A stretch of DNA of 64,000 nucleotides from a virus (Duplodnaviria > Caudoviricetes). This document shows positions 34,849 through 44,108 of this stretch, in pieces (the stretch's first letter is position 1; each line of letters begins with the position of its first letter). Location: positions 8,726 to 72,725 of IMG/VR virus record IMGVR_UViG_3300012122_000001. One strand, 5' to 3'. The notes beneath the pieces are model-generated. The model did not search any database, was not told the origin of the DNA, and saw only the letters and a program-made list of their open reading frames with translations. The position numbers and the translations under genes were made by a program.

Positions 34849-35203
34849 TTGTACCGTTTCGCTTCTGGTGAATCGATCTTCCCTTCGACAGCATATCCTT
34901 CACATTCTGCGCCTGGGTCCCAGGGCGAATGTGCTCCAGGACGTTGACGCAGCGCCGGTTGTCACAGCCGTGCAGCAGCACCTTCCCGCGGGGGACCGTG
35001 CCGAACAGGATCCGGTAGGCGATCTTGTGGGCCCGGTGAACGAGCCCGCGCATCCAGAAGGCGCCGAAGCCGCCGTCCCAGGGCTCCGCCTTCCAGGTGC
35101 GGACCGAGGCTGTCCAGACCCAGCAGCCGGTCTTGAAGCCGGGCGGCGCCGTGGATTCGACCCGGACCTTCGACCAGAAGCGGGTCTTCTCGCGCTTCGT
35201 CAT
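34640..35203 (-). CDS. HNH homing endonuclease
   Basis: GCWVW, GFGAF, RAHKIAY, LLHGCDNRRCVN..H...GT...N..DM..KGR; the C-terminal ~70 aa overlap the next gene. Confidence 0.85.
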   Translation of the reverse strand: MTKREKTRFWSKVRVESTAPPGFKTGCWVWTASVRTWKAEPWDGGFGAFWMRGLVHRAHKIAYRILFGTVPRGKVLLHGCDNRRCVNVLEHIRPGTQAQNVKDMLSKGRSIHQKRNGTIGELHAEEKKGMASDRPVQIDPAHLGARSGDDRGGPGAPGAAGQDDHAGSGLGGPGARDPERPRPVEPA

Positions 35204-35282
35204 TTCACCGTCTCTCCACCGTTTTTCAACACCAAAAAACCCTCAATTACCCCTGGTTACCGGAGCAAAACAGGGGCTTACT

Positions 35283-37214
35283 TTAGCCCTTCTTTGGCCT
35301 TTTCTTGAACGTGAACTTCCCGGTCTCCTTGTTGATGTTCCCGGCGTGCCATTCCTCGGCCGACAGCAGCAGAGGAGCCCACTGGAGGTACTTCGCCCTC
35401 GATCGAGGGTCCTGGTAGAACTGCTTGAAGTCTCCAGGCGTGTAGCCGTTCACGTTGAAGAGGAGATCTCCGTCAACCTGCATCGAGGTCGGGATCGGAT
35501 CGCCGTATCTCTTGCCGCTGTAGTAGTCGCTCGTCTGCCGCTCGCGGGTCCACCGGAAGGTTGCCTTCCTCGTCTTGGTCCACTCGACGATCTCCGCAAC
35601 GAATCCAGGCCCGTCGTTACCCGAAGGAGTGTACCTCTCCGGATGGTAGTTGCTGCTCCTCCAGCCGTACCTTTCGTTGTACTTCTTCGCTTCCCGGATC
35701 TCGAAGGCTTCCTGCTGGCCGATCGTCATCGATCCATTGCCCATCGTCAGGTTCACCTTCTTCCGGTACTCTTCGAAGTCTGGGGGATCCTGGTAATGGA
35801 TCGATCCGGCGCCGTCGTAGACGAGCTCGACGACTTCCTCCATGCCGCCGGGAGACCAGAGCCGGGCAGGCTTGTGCGGATGCAGAACCTCGGAGCGATC
35901 GAAGAGCCCCTGGACGATCAGGGCGATCCGGTTGTAGTACTTGAGCTGGGTCTCGACCTTCTTCTCCATGTCGTCGTAGTACACGCTCGACTTGTTGAAC
36001 GGCTGGTAGTCTCTCGTCGGATCGTCGAAGCTGGAGATCCAGTGGGGGTTGCTCTTCGACGGATGGTGTCCCTCGTTTTCCTTCTCCCAGGCGTCGTGCA
36101 GCCTCTTCTTCTCGTTCCACTTCCGGCAGAGATCTTCCCAGTGACGCTTCGTGATGAGATCCTCCACGCTGTCGCAACGCTCCTTCGCCATCATCGGTTC
36201 GGTGAAGTCGACCTGACTCGGACTCGGGAAGACGTGGTCGTCGAACTCGAAGTCGCAGGTCATCCGGTAGAGCTGGTCGCCGTTCCGGATGTACATGAAG
36301 GTCGTCTTGTCGGCCTGCTCCAGGTTGAAGTTGATCATGGCGCACGAGAGCGTTCCGTCGTAATGACGGTTCTTCGTGTTCCGGCGGACCCGGAAGGCGA
36401 CCATGCACCTGGGCCAGGGCAGGATCCTGTCTCGGTTCTCCAACTCCGAGATCCACTTGTCGAAGTCTTCGATGTCGTTGAACTCCATCCCGCCGTGCCG
36501 GTAGTTGACGAGGCACTCCTCGTCCATGAAGCACATGCGCTGGAAGAGCTTGAGCTTCTCTGCCGTGTCGGCGGGCTTCCCCTTGGAGATCTGCTCGACC
36601 TCTTCGGTCAGTCCGGCGTAGAGCGAGACGTTGAAGACGCGGTCGTTGATCTTCTCGATCGCTTCCTCGAGACCGCTGCACATTGCCTTCATCGGAAGAA
36701 CCTTTGCGGACATCCAGACGGTGAGCCTCTCGTGCGCTTTCGCAACCTCCTCGAACAGCTTCGGCAGCGTCTTCTCCTTCGCCTGGATCAGCTCCTTCTT
36801 GTACTTCTTCAGGTCCGGCATGGCGTTGAAGGTCGACAGTTCCCTACTCTCGCTCTTCGGCGCAGCCGATGAGTCGCGAGGCTGGATCCCGAGCTTGGCC
36901 GTGAGCTCCTTGATCTGTCCAAGCTTCGCCCGGACGGTTTCCTTGTAGAAGTCGGTCCTTCCGCGGATCACAGCTTCCGGGTCAGCTTCAAGCTTCGCCT
37001 GCTTCTCGAAGTCGTTCTCGTGGATCCTCTCGTAACCGCCGTCCGGAGACTCGACCCGGATGTAGTTCGACCCGATCTCGACGACGCAGACGAACCAGTC
37101 CATCTTCCCCTTCTCGCCGATCGCCCAGTACCACTGACCGATTTGGATCATCGGCCGACCGTCCCCAGGGATCCGTTCGGACTCGACCTCGCGCTTCGGC
37201 GTCAGCTCGCTCAT
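35283..37214 (-). CDS. large conserved-looking phage hypothetical protein
   Basis: Start reassigned to ATG 37214 (GAGG SD, coupled to the upstream stop); no motif assigned. Confidence 0.75.
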   Translation of the reverse strand: MSELTPKREVESERIPGDGRPMIQIGQWYWAIGEKGKMDWFVCVVEIGSNYIRVESPDGGYERIHENDFEKQAKLEADPEAVIRGRTDFYKETVRAKLGQIKELTAKLGIQPRDSSAAPKSESRELSTFNAMPDLKKYKKELIQAKEKTLPKLFEEVAKAHERLTVWMSAKVLPMKAMCSGLEEAIEKINDRVFNVSLYAGLTEEVEQISKGKPADTAEKLKLFQRMCFMDEECLVNYRHGGMEFNDIEDFDKWISELENRDRILPWPRCMVAFRVRRNTKNRHYDGTLSCAMINFNLEQADKTTFMYIRNGDQLYRMTCDFEFDDHVFPSPSQVDFTEPMMAKERCDSVEDLITKRHWEDLCRKWNEKKRLHDAWEKENEGHHPSKSNPHWISSFDDPTRDYQPFNKSSVYYDDMEKKVETQLKYYNRIALIVQGLFDRSEVLHPHKPARLWSPGGMEEVVELVYDGAGSIHYQDPPDFEEYRKKVNLTMGNGSMTIGQQEAFEIREAKKYNERYGWRSSNYHPERYTPSGNDGPGFVAEIVEWTKTRKATFRWTRERQTSDYYSGKRYGDPIPTSMQVDGDLLFNVNGYTPGDFKQFYQDPRSRAKYLQWAPLLLSAEEWHAGNINKETGKFTFKKRPKKG

Positions 37215-37555
37215 CGGGACACCTCGAACCCCTCGCGGTACGCCTTCTGGGCGAAGGAGAGTGAGCACCGCAGCGTGCAGAAGAGCGGCGGGATCCTGTC
37301 CGCCGACGATCCGTACCCCTGGTACTCTCCCATCCAGCAGTCGACGAGCTCGAACTTCTCGCGGAGCTCATCGCTTCCGTAGGCTTCCCGGCGGCCCGTG
37401 ATCTTGAAGACCTTCCGACCGTTCCAGGCGGCCCAGTCGCGATCGTTCTTGTAGACCAGCGGGACGGTGCCCTTCTCGACGGTCATCCGCCTCGTATCCA
37501 GCCGAAGCGGCTTCTTGCAGCAGACGCAGGTCTCCCTGTATTCCTTCTTCTTCAT
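37211..37555 (-). CDS. small Cys-containing protein
   Basis: MKKKEYRETCVCC...FCTLRC; SD present. Confidence 0.65.
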   Translation of the reverse strand: MKKKEYRETCVCCKKPLRLDTRRMTVEKGTVPLVYKNDRDWAAWNGRKVFKITGRREAYGSDELREKFELVDCWMGEYQGYGSSADRIPPLFCTLRCSLSFAQKAYREGFEVSR

Positions 37556-37566
37556 ATCTTCTCTTT

Positions 37567-38328
37567 CTATTTCAAAGCAGCCGCCTCGTCGCCGAGCTTC
37601 CGGATGAGCTTCGCCATGCACGGGCCGCACCAGGATCCGGGGTTGTCTCGACGAGCCATCTCGCAGTTCCGCTCGTCGGTGTACCTGGACGGATTCTGGC
37701 ATCCGCCCTCGACAGCTTGGTCCAGGATCGCCTTGATCTGCTGCGCGTAGCCAGCGGCCGAGACCTTCTTCTCCTGGTGAGCCTTGTACTTCTCCTGCCA
37801 CTGCTCCTCGGTCGTGAGGTCGACCGGCTTCTTCTCGAACGGACGCTGCTTCCCGCCGACCGGCCCAGCGTCCTCCATGACGATGCGCTCTGCGTCGTAA
37901 CCGAACGGCGCCCGCTGCCCAATGAAACACCAGAGGTGATACTGGTTCGCGGTGTCGACGAGGCGGCTCTCGGCCGGGTAGAGCTCCATCGCCTCGTGCT
38001 CCGGTCCCAGGATCTCGTTCTTGATGCGCTGGAGGTCCCGCCAGTCGTGGATGACGTTCTTGTCGTTGCGCTTGATCGACAGGTGGACGAGCTCGCCGAC
38101 CTCGCTCCGGACGTTCCGCCAGAGGACCGTATAGCGGGAGTTCTTGTAGCACTCGCTGAACCCCTCGCTCGAGAGGTCCGGGTGGAGCGTTGCCGGACGG
38201 AACTCCGTCCAGGGGAAGGCGTCGTTCTCCTTGGCCTGGAGGTGGGCGACGCATTCGTCGCAGACGTGGAACCTGGACGTGGACATCTTGCAGGCCTTGC
38301 GACAGGTGAAGCAGTTGGGCACGGTCAT
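37567..38328 (-). CDS. conserved phage protein with N-terminal Zn finger
   Basis: HLSIKR.D...HDWRDLQRIKNE..G.E.EA.ELYPAESRLVDTANQYHLW motif, widespread in phages; function unknown. Confidence 0.75.
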   Translation of the reverse strand: MTVPNCFTCRKACKMSTSRFHVCDECVAHLQAKENDAFPWTEFRPATLHPDLSSEGFSECYKNSRYTVLWRNVRSEVGELVHLSIKRNDKNVIHDWRDLQRIKNEILGPEHEAMELYPAESRLVDTANQYHLWCFIGQRAPFGYDAERIVMEDAGPVGGKQRPFEKKPVDLTTEEQWQEKYKAHQEKKVSAAGYAQQIKAILDQAVEGGCQNPSRYTDERNCEMARRDNPGSWCGPCMAKLIRKLGDEAAALK

Positions 38329-39715
38329 TTCCTCCTGTTCGTCTTGCCGGTCGTGAGCAACGCGATCGTGCGCTGCCGGATCTCCCGCTCCTGCTGCTTG
38401 CGCTCCTTGATCTCCTCGGCGTGCTCCTCGTTGTGCTTCCGCAGCGTCTCCTTCGTCTCGTCGGACATCGGCGGCCCCTTCTTGACTCCCAGGATCTTCT
38501 TGACCAGACGCTTCGCGGACCCGTCCTTGCCCTCCTTCTTGAGCTTGGCGACGCGATCCCACTCCTCCTGCGCGCGCTCCTCCTGGTGGAGAAGCTTGGC
38601 GTAGAGGACCGGGCACTTCACGGGGTCGACGTCCTTCGATCTCACAGCGACCTCCCTTCAGCAAAAAGCCACTTGTCGAATTCATCCTGATCCCAGATCC
38701 GAAGCCAGTAGGAGACCTTGCACCCGTGAGCCTCGGCGAACTTCTGCCACTTCCTTCCGATCCAGAGCTGGAACTCGAGGGTGTGCGTACCGGCCGCGTC
38801 GACGGCGCTCTGCTCTTCAGCGGTCCTTCCGTTGGCCTTCGCGAAGGCCACATAGCGCGGGTTCCATTTGATCTTCGTCTCGCTCATCCGGTTACCCTAC
38901 CTTCGTGAACGTGAAGACCAGGATCCCGGTGCTCGTGACGGACAGCAGCCACGCGCGGCGCCGGTTGATGATCAGCTTCGCGATCCGGCGCGCGTCCTTG
39001 TTGCCGAAGAGCGTCGTCTGGAACGGCTGGAGGCAGGTCTGCTCCTTGGCGGTCAGGTTGATCTGCCGCTCCCGGCCGCCCAGGTTGCGGATCCGCGCGG
39101 GGTCGACGACCAGCCGGACGACGATCGTGGTGGTCGCGGATCCCGTCTTCATGCCGCGGAGTCGCGGGGGCTGGCGATCGGCGATCGCGCGACGGACGAC
39201 TGGCGGAAAGGCCATGGCTTCCTCCTACTTGCTCACGGGATCGAGGGACGGAACGACGCGGTACTTGCGGACGGCGGTCCACCTGGAGTAGAGATCCATG
39301 ACGTAGGCCTTGGCCTCCGCCGCGGTGGCGAAGCGCAGGCCGTTCGAGACCCACTTGCCGGAGTCGTCGGCGATCACCTCGGCCGCGTAGCTCTGGTGAC
39401 CAGGAAGCGCGAGGCAGGTAGCGCAGAACATGGTTCCTCCTTCTACAGGGGTTTCAGTTGGAAGGTCTTGACGGCGTCGTCCGACAACTTCTGCGGATAT
39501 CCGATCACACCGAACGGGTACTCCGAGAGCGGCAGGTCGGTCCGGCGGTCGAAGCCGCAGTGCTGGCGCGGACGCTCGACCAGCGTCCAGTCCGCCGGGA
39601 CGGTCGCGAAGCTGGGCGGCCGATACAGCGGGACGTACTTGAACGCGATCGCCGGGCAGTCCTCATCGGCCTGCCTGGAGGCCTCGAAGCCACAGTACTT
39701 GCACGCCTTCTTCAT
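38325..39715 (-). CDS. five small hypothetical genes (38325-38645, 38642-38887, 38892-39215, 39225-39431, 39443-39715)
   Basis: Contiguous ORFs with GGAGG SD sites. Confidence 0.7.
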
Positions 39716-39716
39716 C

Positions 39717-40193
39717 TTAGAACCCTCCCTCGGACAGCTCCGCGCAGATGGGACCGATGCCGTTGCGGATCGACGCGGGCGTCGTGAGCGGCCGGTTGCA
39801 CCGGCAGCAGGCGCCCTCCATGAGGATCGTGAACCCCTTGTCGGACCAGGGCGAGAAGGCGCCGTCCAGGGCGAGCGACCAGAGCAGGTCGGCGAACTGG
39901 ATCCAGCGGTGGCCGTCGGAGCCGGGTCGGGCGCCGGGCATGGCCTTCGACGCCCAGACGCGGATCCCGCCGTTGTCGACGAAGGCGAAGCCGGTGTAGC
40001 AGGACGGATCGTCGTTCTGGGAGCCGGTGAGCAGGTAGACCACCCGCTTGCCGGGGGCGAACTCTGCGTCCTGGGGCTGGGTCCGGACCCAGAAGGTCCG
40101 GTGCTCGCCGGTCTGCTTGGACTCGATCGTGTAGCGCCCGTTGAAGAGCTTCACGGTCGGGGCGGGGCGCGCGTCGGGTTCGGTCGCCATCAT
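39717..40193 (-). CDS. DUF6011-like protein
   Basis: C-terminal CCRCNRPLTTPASIRNGIGPIC motif. Confidence 0.7.
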   Translation of the reverse strand: MMATEPDARPAPTVKLFNGRYTIESKQTGEHRTFWVRTQPQDAEFAPGKRVVYLLTGSQNDDPSCYTGFAFVDNGGIRVWASKAMPGARPGSDGHRWIQFADLLWSLALDGAFSPWSDKGFTILMEGACCRCNRPLTTPASIRNGIGPICAELSEGGF

Positions 40194-40228
40194 CGTATCC
40201 TCCTTCCTCGAAGTCGTCGTATACACGT

Positions 40229-40813
40229 TCACTTCGCCAGCTCGAAGTCTGCCTCGCAGAGGCCGCAGGAGATCGGGCCCTGCTCGAAGAGCTTCGCGGA
40301 TCCGCGGATGATCCTGGGGGTCTCGCACTCGCAGACCGCCTTGAGCTGCCGGTTCTTCTGCGTGTGCAGGATGACGAGGTGGCCGCCGGGCCACTTCGGG
40401 AGCCGCTTGAGCCAGCCCGTGATCTTCTTCTTGAGCTCTTCGCCCGCGGTGGTCGCGGTCCAGGGCTTCTCCAGGCCGACGCGCTTCGCGAGCTGGGAGA
40501 ACTTCGCCCGGTGTCCGCACCCCATCGGGAGGGCCGCGTGGACCATCTCGTGGACCAGCACCTCGACGAGGTCGAACGGCTCGCGGAGCGTGGGCGAGAT
40601 CAGGATGACGCGGTCGCCCTCGACCTTGACGGCCGACCCGCCCTTGTAGTGGCACTCCCCGATCGTCCGGCGGCTGGACTTCGTGCCGCCCTTCGAGGGG
40701 AAGCTCCAGGAGATCGCCACGGTCGCGGGCGCCTGGGGGAGCAGTTCCTTCCGGATCAGGGCGTAGGCGGCCCGCAGCCACGCCTCCCGGTTGACCTTGG
40801 TGACCGGCTTCAT
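40229..40813 (-). CDS. SprT-like metalloprotease
   Basis: VLVHEMVH, GH...F...A..VGL and a C-terminal Zn ribbon (CEC...CGLC); AAGGAG SD at start 40813. Confidence 0.8.
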   Translation of the reverse strand: MKPVTKVNREAWLRAAYALIRKELLPQAPATVAISWSFPSKGGTKSSRRTIGECHYKGGSAVKVEGDRVILISPTLREPFDLVEVLVHEMVHAALPMGCGHRAKFSQLAKRVGLEKPWTATTAGEELKKKITGWLKRLPKWPGGHLVILHTQKNRQLKAVCECETPRIIRGSAKLFEQGPISCGLCEADFELAK

Positions 40814-40840
40814 AGGGGGTTTCTCCTTCTTCATGATCAG

Positions 40841-40870
40841 AATATAGCATACCAACAGTACCGTTGTCAA
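40841..40870 (-). promoter_or_regulatory. strong sigma70-like early promoter
   Basis: TTGACA-N18-TATATT on the minus strand. Confidence 0.75.
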
Positions 40871-40904
40871 CCACATTTGGCATAAAATAACAGAAGAGTG
40901 CCTA

Positions 40905-41229
40905 GTACGGGAGGATATCCGGACCTGGGATGGCCCTGGGGGCCGCCCGGCGGCCGACTCCCGCCCCAGGGGAGGATCCCCCGGCGCCTGGGGCCTCCCT
41001 GGGGAGCAGAACCCCGCGGATGGCCCTTTTACCCCTCCAGACCTGGGGTCTGACGGGCGCCGGAGGGGTCCGAGGGGTACAGCCCTCGGTCCCCCCGGCT
41101 ATGGGAGGGGTTCCGGCGCCCCGACCGGGCTGGTACGAGGCGCCAGGGAAACAGATCTTGTCCCGCCTCCAAGTTCCCGGAGCTCCAGGGTCTTTGCTTC
41201 CCCGGAGCTCCAGGCCTGGAATGAGGGGT
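40905..41229. other. largest non-coding region; GC-rich with repeats (origin candidate)
   Basis: Multiple CC(C)TGGGG/CCCCAGGGG words, CCCGGAGCTCCAGG twice and GGATGGCCCT twice; no convincing gene. Confidence 0.45.
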
Positions 41230-42634
41230 TCAGAGCTTGGCGAGGTCGGCGCCGGAGATCTCTCGGATGGTCTTCGTCTCCTGGACCTTCACCGACAGCA
41301 CCTCGATGTTCTCGTACTCGTCGAAGTGGGCTTTGACCGAGCGGAGCAGCGCCTCCGGCGACCCGGCCTCGAGCGGGTTGCCGTTCTCGTCGGTCACCGG
41401 GTCGACCGTGGTCTCGGTCGAGATCTCCTCGATCTTCTGGGTGCCGGTGCCGATGTAGGCGCCCAGGTCATCCTTGGGTAGTTCCTTCCCCGACGGATCC
41501 ACCAGGAGCGGCTTCGCCGACGTGTTGAGCGCCGGGGTCCGCGACACCACCTTCTGCCTTACGATCGCCGTGTACTTCATCTGCCTTCTCCTCCTGCTTC
41601 TTCTTCTCAACGGCGTTGACCTTGTGCTTGAGCGCGATCGCCTCGCCGTTGAAGCTGGCGACCGGCTTCCTGGAAATCACCATGGTCTCGACGACCCCTG
41701 CTCCGTGGGACTTCGACTCCGCGAGCAGCAACGCCCGGTTGCGGCTCTGGATGACGGGATCGCCGCGCTCCTGGACCTGCTTCCAGCCGTCGGCCGCGTA
41801 CAGGATCCAGACTTCGTACTGCTCCGGCTCGTCTAGGTTTTTGTTCTTCTTCCCCATGGTTAGAGCCCCGGACGCTTGCGGAGCCCGCGCTGGCCGCCGA
41901 AGGGGTTGCCCGGCTTCTCCTTGGTGCCGTCGGCCTGCTCCTCGGCCTCTTCCTCGCCGGTCTCCTCCAGGATCTCCGGCGGCCGGATCGACTCCGGATC
42001 CGGCGAGAACTCGCCGACCGGGATCCAGGTCATGCCCCGGCCGCGGTCGCTTTCCGGGCTCTCCGTCTCCCACGAGGCGAAGAGGATCTCGTCACCGCTC
42101 TTGCGGAGCGCGATCATCGAGCCGTCCTCGGAGTCCTTGCCTTCGACCAGCCGGATTCCGGGGATCGGCGAGACCAACATCGTGATCTCGTGCTGCATGT
42201 TTCCTCCTCAAAAAGAGTTGGGGTTATAGATTCGTTTCCAGGAACTTCATGAGCGACTGCTTCGACTCGAACACCAGGGTCTCGTGCCGCGGCAGGTTCG
42301 CCAGCGGGTTGTGCGCGACGCGCTGCGCCTGCTGGGCGAGCTGCGGGAAGAAGATCTTGACGGCCTCCCGGATCCTGCCCTTGTCGCCGTCCTCCTTCCA
42401 GTCCTCTCCGGCGCCCTTGTCGTTGATCGACCGGATGAACGCGCCCATCCCATCAACCATGCGGTCGATGATCTCGTCCGGACCCATGCTTTCGGCCGCA
42501 CTCGGCACCGGAGCGATCGCCTGGGGGTGCCTGGGACTCGACGCGAGCTCCAGGTTGTAGCCGTTGTCGACCTTCAGGACCGTGATCCGGAGCGTGGGGC
42601 CCTCGGCCCCAGGAATGTAGGAACCGTCGTACAT
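41230..42634 (-). CDS. four hypothetical genes (41230-41580, 41468-41857, 41860-42198, 42224-42634)
   Basis: SD-supported starts; the second ORF overlaps the first by ~110 nt. Confidence 0.65.
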
Positions 42635-42663
42635 GATCGCCTCTCCCTTCTTCTTTGCACAGA

Positions 42664-42692
42664 ATTCTACTAGAGTGCCAACAGTTCTTCAA
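42664..42692 (-). promoter_or_regulatory. sigma70-like promoter overlapped by an inverted-repeat operator
   Basis: TTGAAG-N17-TAGAAT; TTTGCACAG-N10-GAGTGCCAA at 42654-42681. Confidence 0.6.
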
Positions 42693-43231
42693 CTCCAAGA
42701 ACGATTACGCGCAGTGCATGTCCGTACACCTCTCCGTCGGCTCCACCGGCTTCATGTGACCGCAGGGGTAGCGCGGCTCCTTCATCGGCCTGGGCCGCGG
42801 CCGGTTTCCCCTGGTCCACCGGAAGTACAGGTGGATCACCCAGGTCAGCCACCACTTGATCGGGTTCGAAGTCATCGTGTACACGCCCAATTTTAACCGG
42901 GGCCCGGCACGGAACCGGGCCCCTACTAAATACCACCAGCCCACCCCGCGGTGGCCGGTCAGCATAACTGTCAGAACGGAACGTCCTCATCCCCGTGGAG
43001 CTCTTCGGTCGTGTAGACGGTCTCGCGCTTCGCGACCACGCCCCACACCCGGTATCCGGTCCACTTTTTCCTGAAGACCTCGTACACCTCGGCCGTCATC
43101 TTGCAGAAGTCGAACGTGGCCGCCACTTGATTCCAGCGCGAGTAGATCTCGACGCCCATCTCCTGGAGCGCGCCTGCATCGGTCTCCTTTGCTCCGATCC
43201 ACCCGCTGTACATCAGGACTTCTTTCGGCAC

Positions 43232-43765
43232 CTATCTACGGAAGATGTCCGTCCTCCAGATGCCGTTGCTGGTCCGCTTCACGAACCAGTCCGACAGGAA
43301 CTTGTGAGCTGGCTCGTAGATCATGCGTTCGGCGTTGTCCAGGACGATCATGCCGTCCGGCGCCACGAACTCGGCGATCGCCTTGACGCACTTGACCCGG
43401 CGCCGCCCGTCGACGATGACGACGTCGAAGCCGCGGTTCTTCAGGCCCAGGGTCCTGCCCATCTGGACGTAGTGCTGGTAGTCGTCGGCGCACGAGACGT
43501 GGTGGAGGCGGGCATTCGTGATATTCCCCTCCCGGATGGCGGTAGAGACCTGACCGAACCACCCATGGTCGTGCTCGATCGAGTCGACCATCAAGGCGCG
43601 CTTCGCGAACCAGATCGTCGAGGCGCCGCATCCATACTCCAGGATCCGCTGTCCGCCGTTGAGCTTCTGATCAAGGAAAATGATCGCGTCCCTGGTGAGC
43701 CACGGCTCGTCCGGCTTCCCGGTCTTGTCGAAGGTGTGGTAGTTGGGGCGAGGAGGCCAGTTCAT
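43232..43765 (-). CDS. class I SAM-dependent methyltransferase
   Basis: ILEYGCGAST, SIEHD, FDVVIVDGR.R and GMIVLDN motifs. Confidence 0.85.
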   Translation of the reverse strand: MNWPPRPNYHTFDKTGKPDEPWLTRDAIIFLDQKLNGGQRILEYGCGASTIWFAKRALMVDSIEHDHGWFGQVSTAIREGNITNARLHHVSCADDYQHYVQMGRTLGLKNRGFDVVIVDGRRRVKCVKAIAEFVAPDGMIVLDNAERMIYEPAHKFLSDWFVKRTSNGIWRTDIFRR

Positions 43766-44106
43766 CGCTTCTTCCTCCTCAAGGACTTCGCGCGCCTCTC
43801 GGCCGCCTTCGCGGTGTACGGCCCCGTGATCTCGACGGGCTCCAGGTTCCTGTTGAGCACGAGCACGTTGAAGTAGCAGGCGGTCGACATCCCGAACTTG
43901 CACTTGCCGTGCTTCTGGTCCTCGTGAGGGCAGACGGTCGGGACCACCGCGACGACGGTCCTGGCGATCGCCGCGGACATCAGCAGATCTCGGCGCTTCG
44001 TCTTCTTGTAGCAGTTCTTGCAGACCGGTCCGAAGTTGTCGCCCTCGGACAGGATCCTGCTTTCGCAGGAGAAGCAGTACGTCTCGGGCATCGGTTTCTT
44101 CGGCAT
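43762..44106 (-). CDS. small Cys-rich protein
   Basis: CFSC...CKNC; GGAG SD. Confidence 0.6.
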   Translation of the reverse strand: MPKKPMPETYCFSCESRILSEGDNFGPVCKNCYKKTKRRDLLMSAAIARTVVAVVPTVCPHEDQKHGKCKFGMSTACYFNVLVLNRNLEPVEITGPYTAKAAERRAKSLRRKKR

Positions 44107-44108
44107 CT

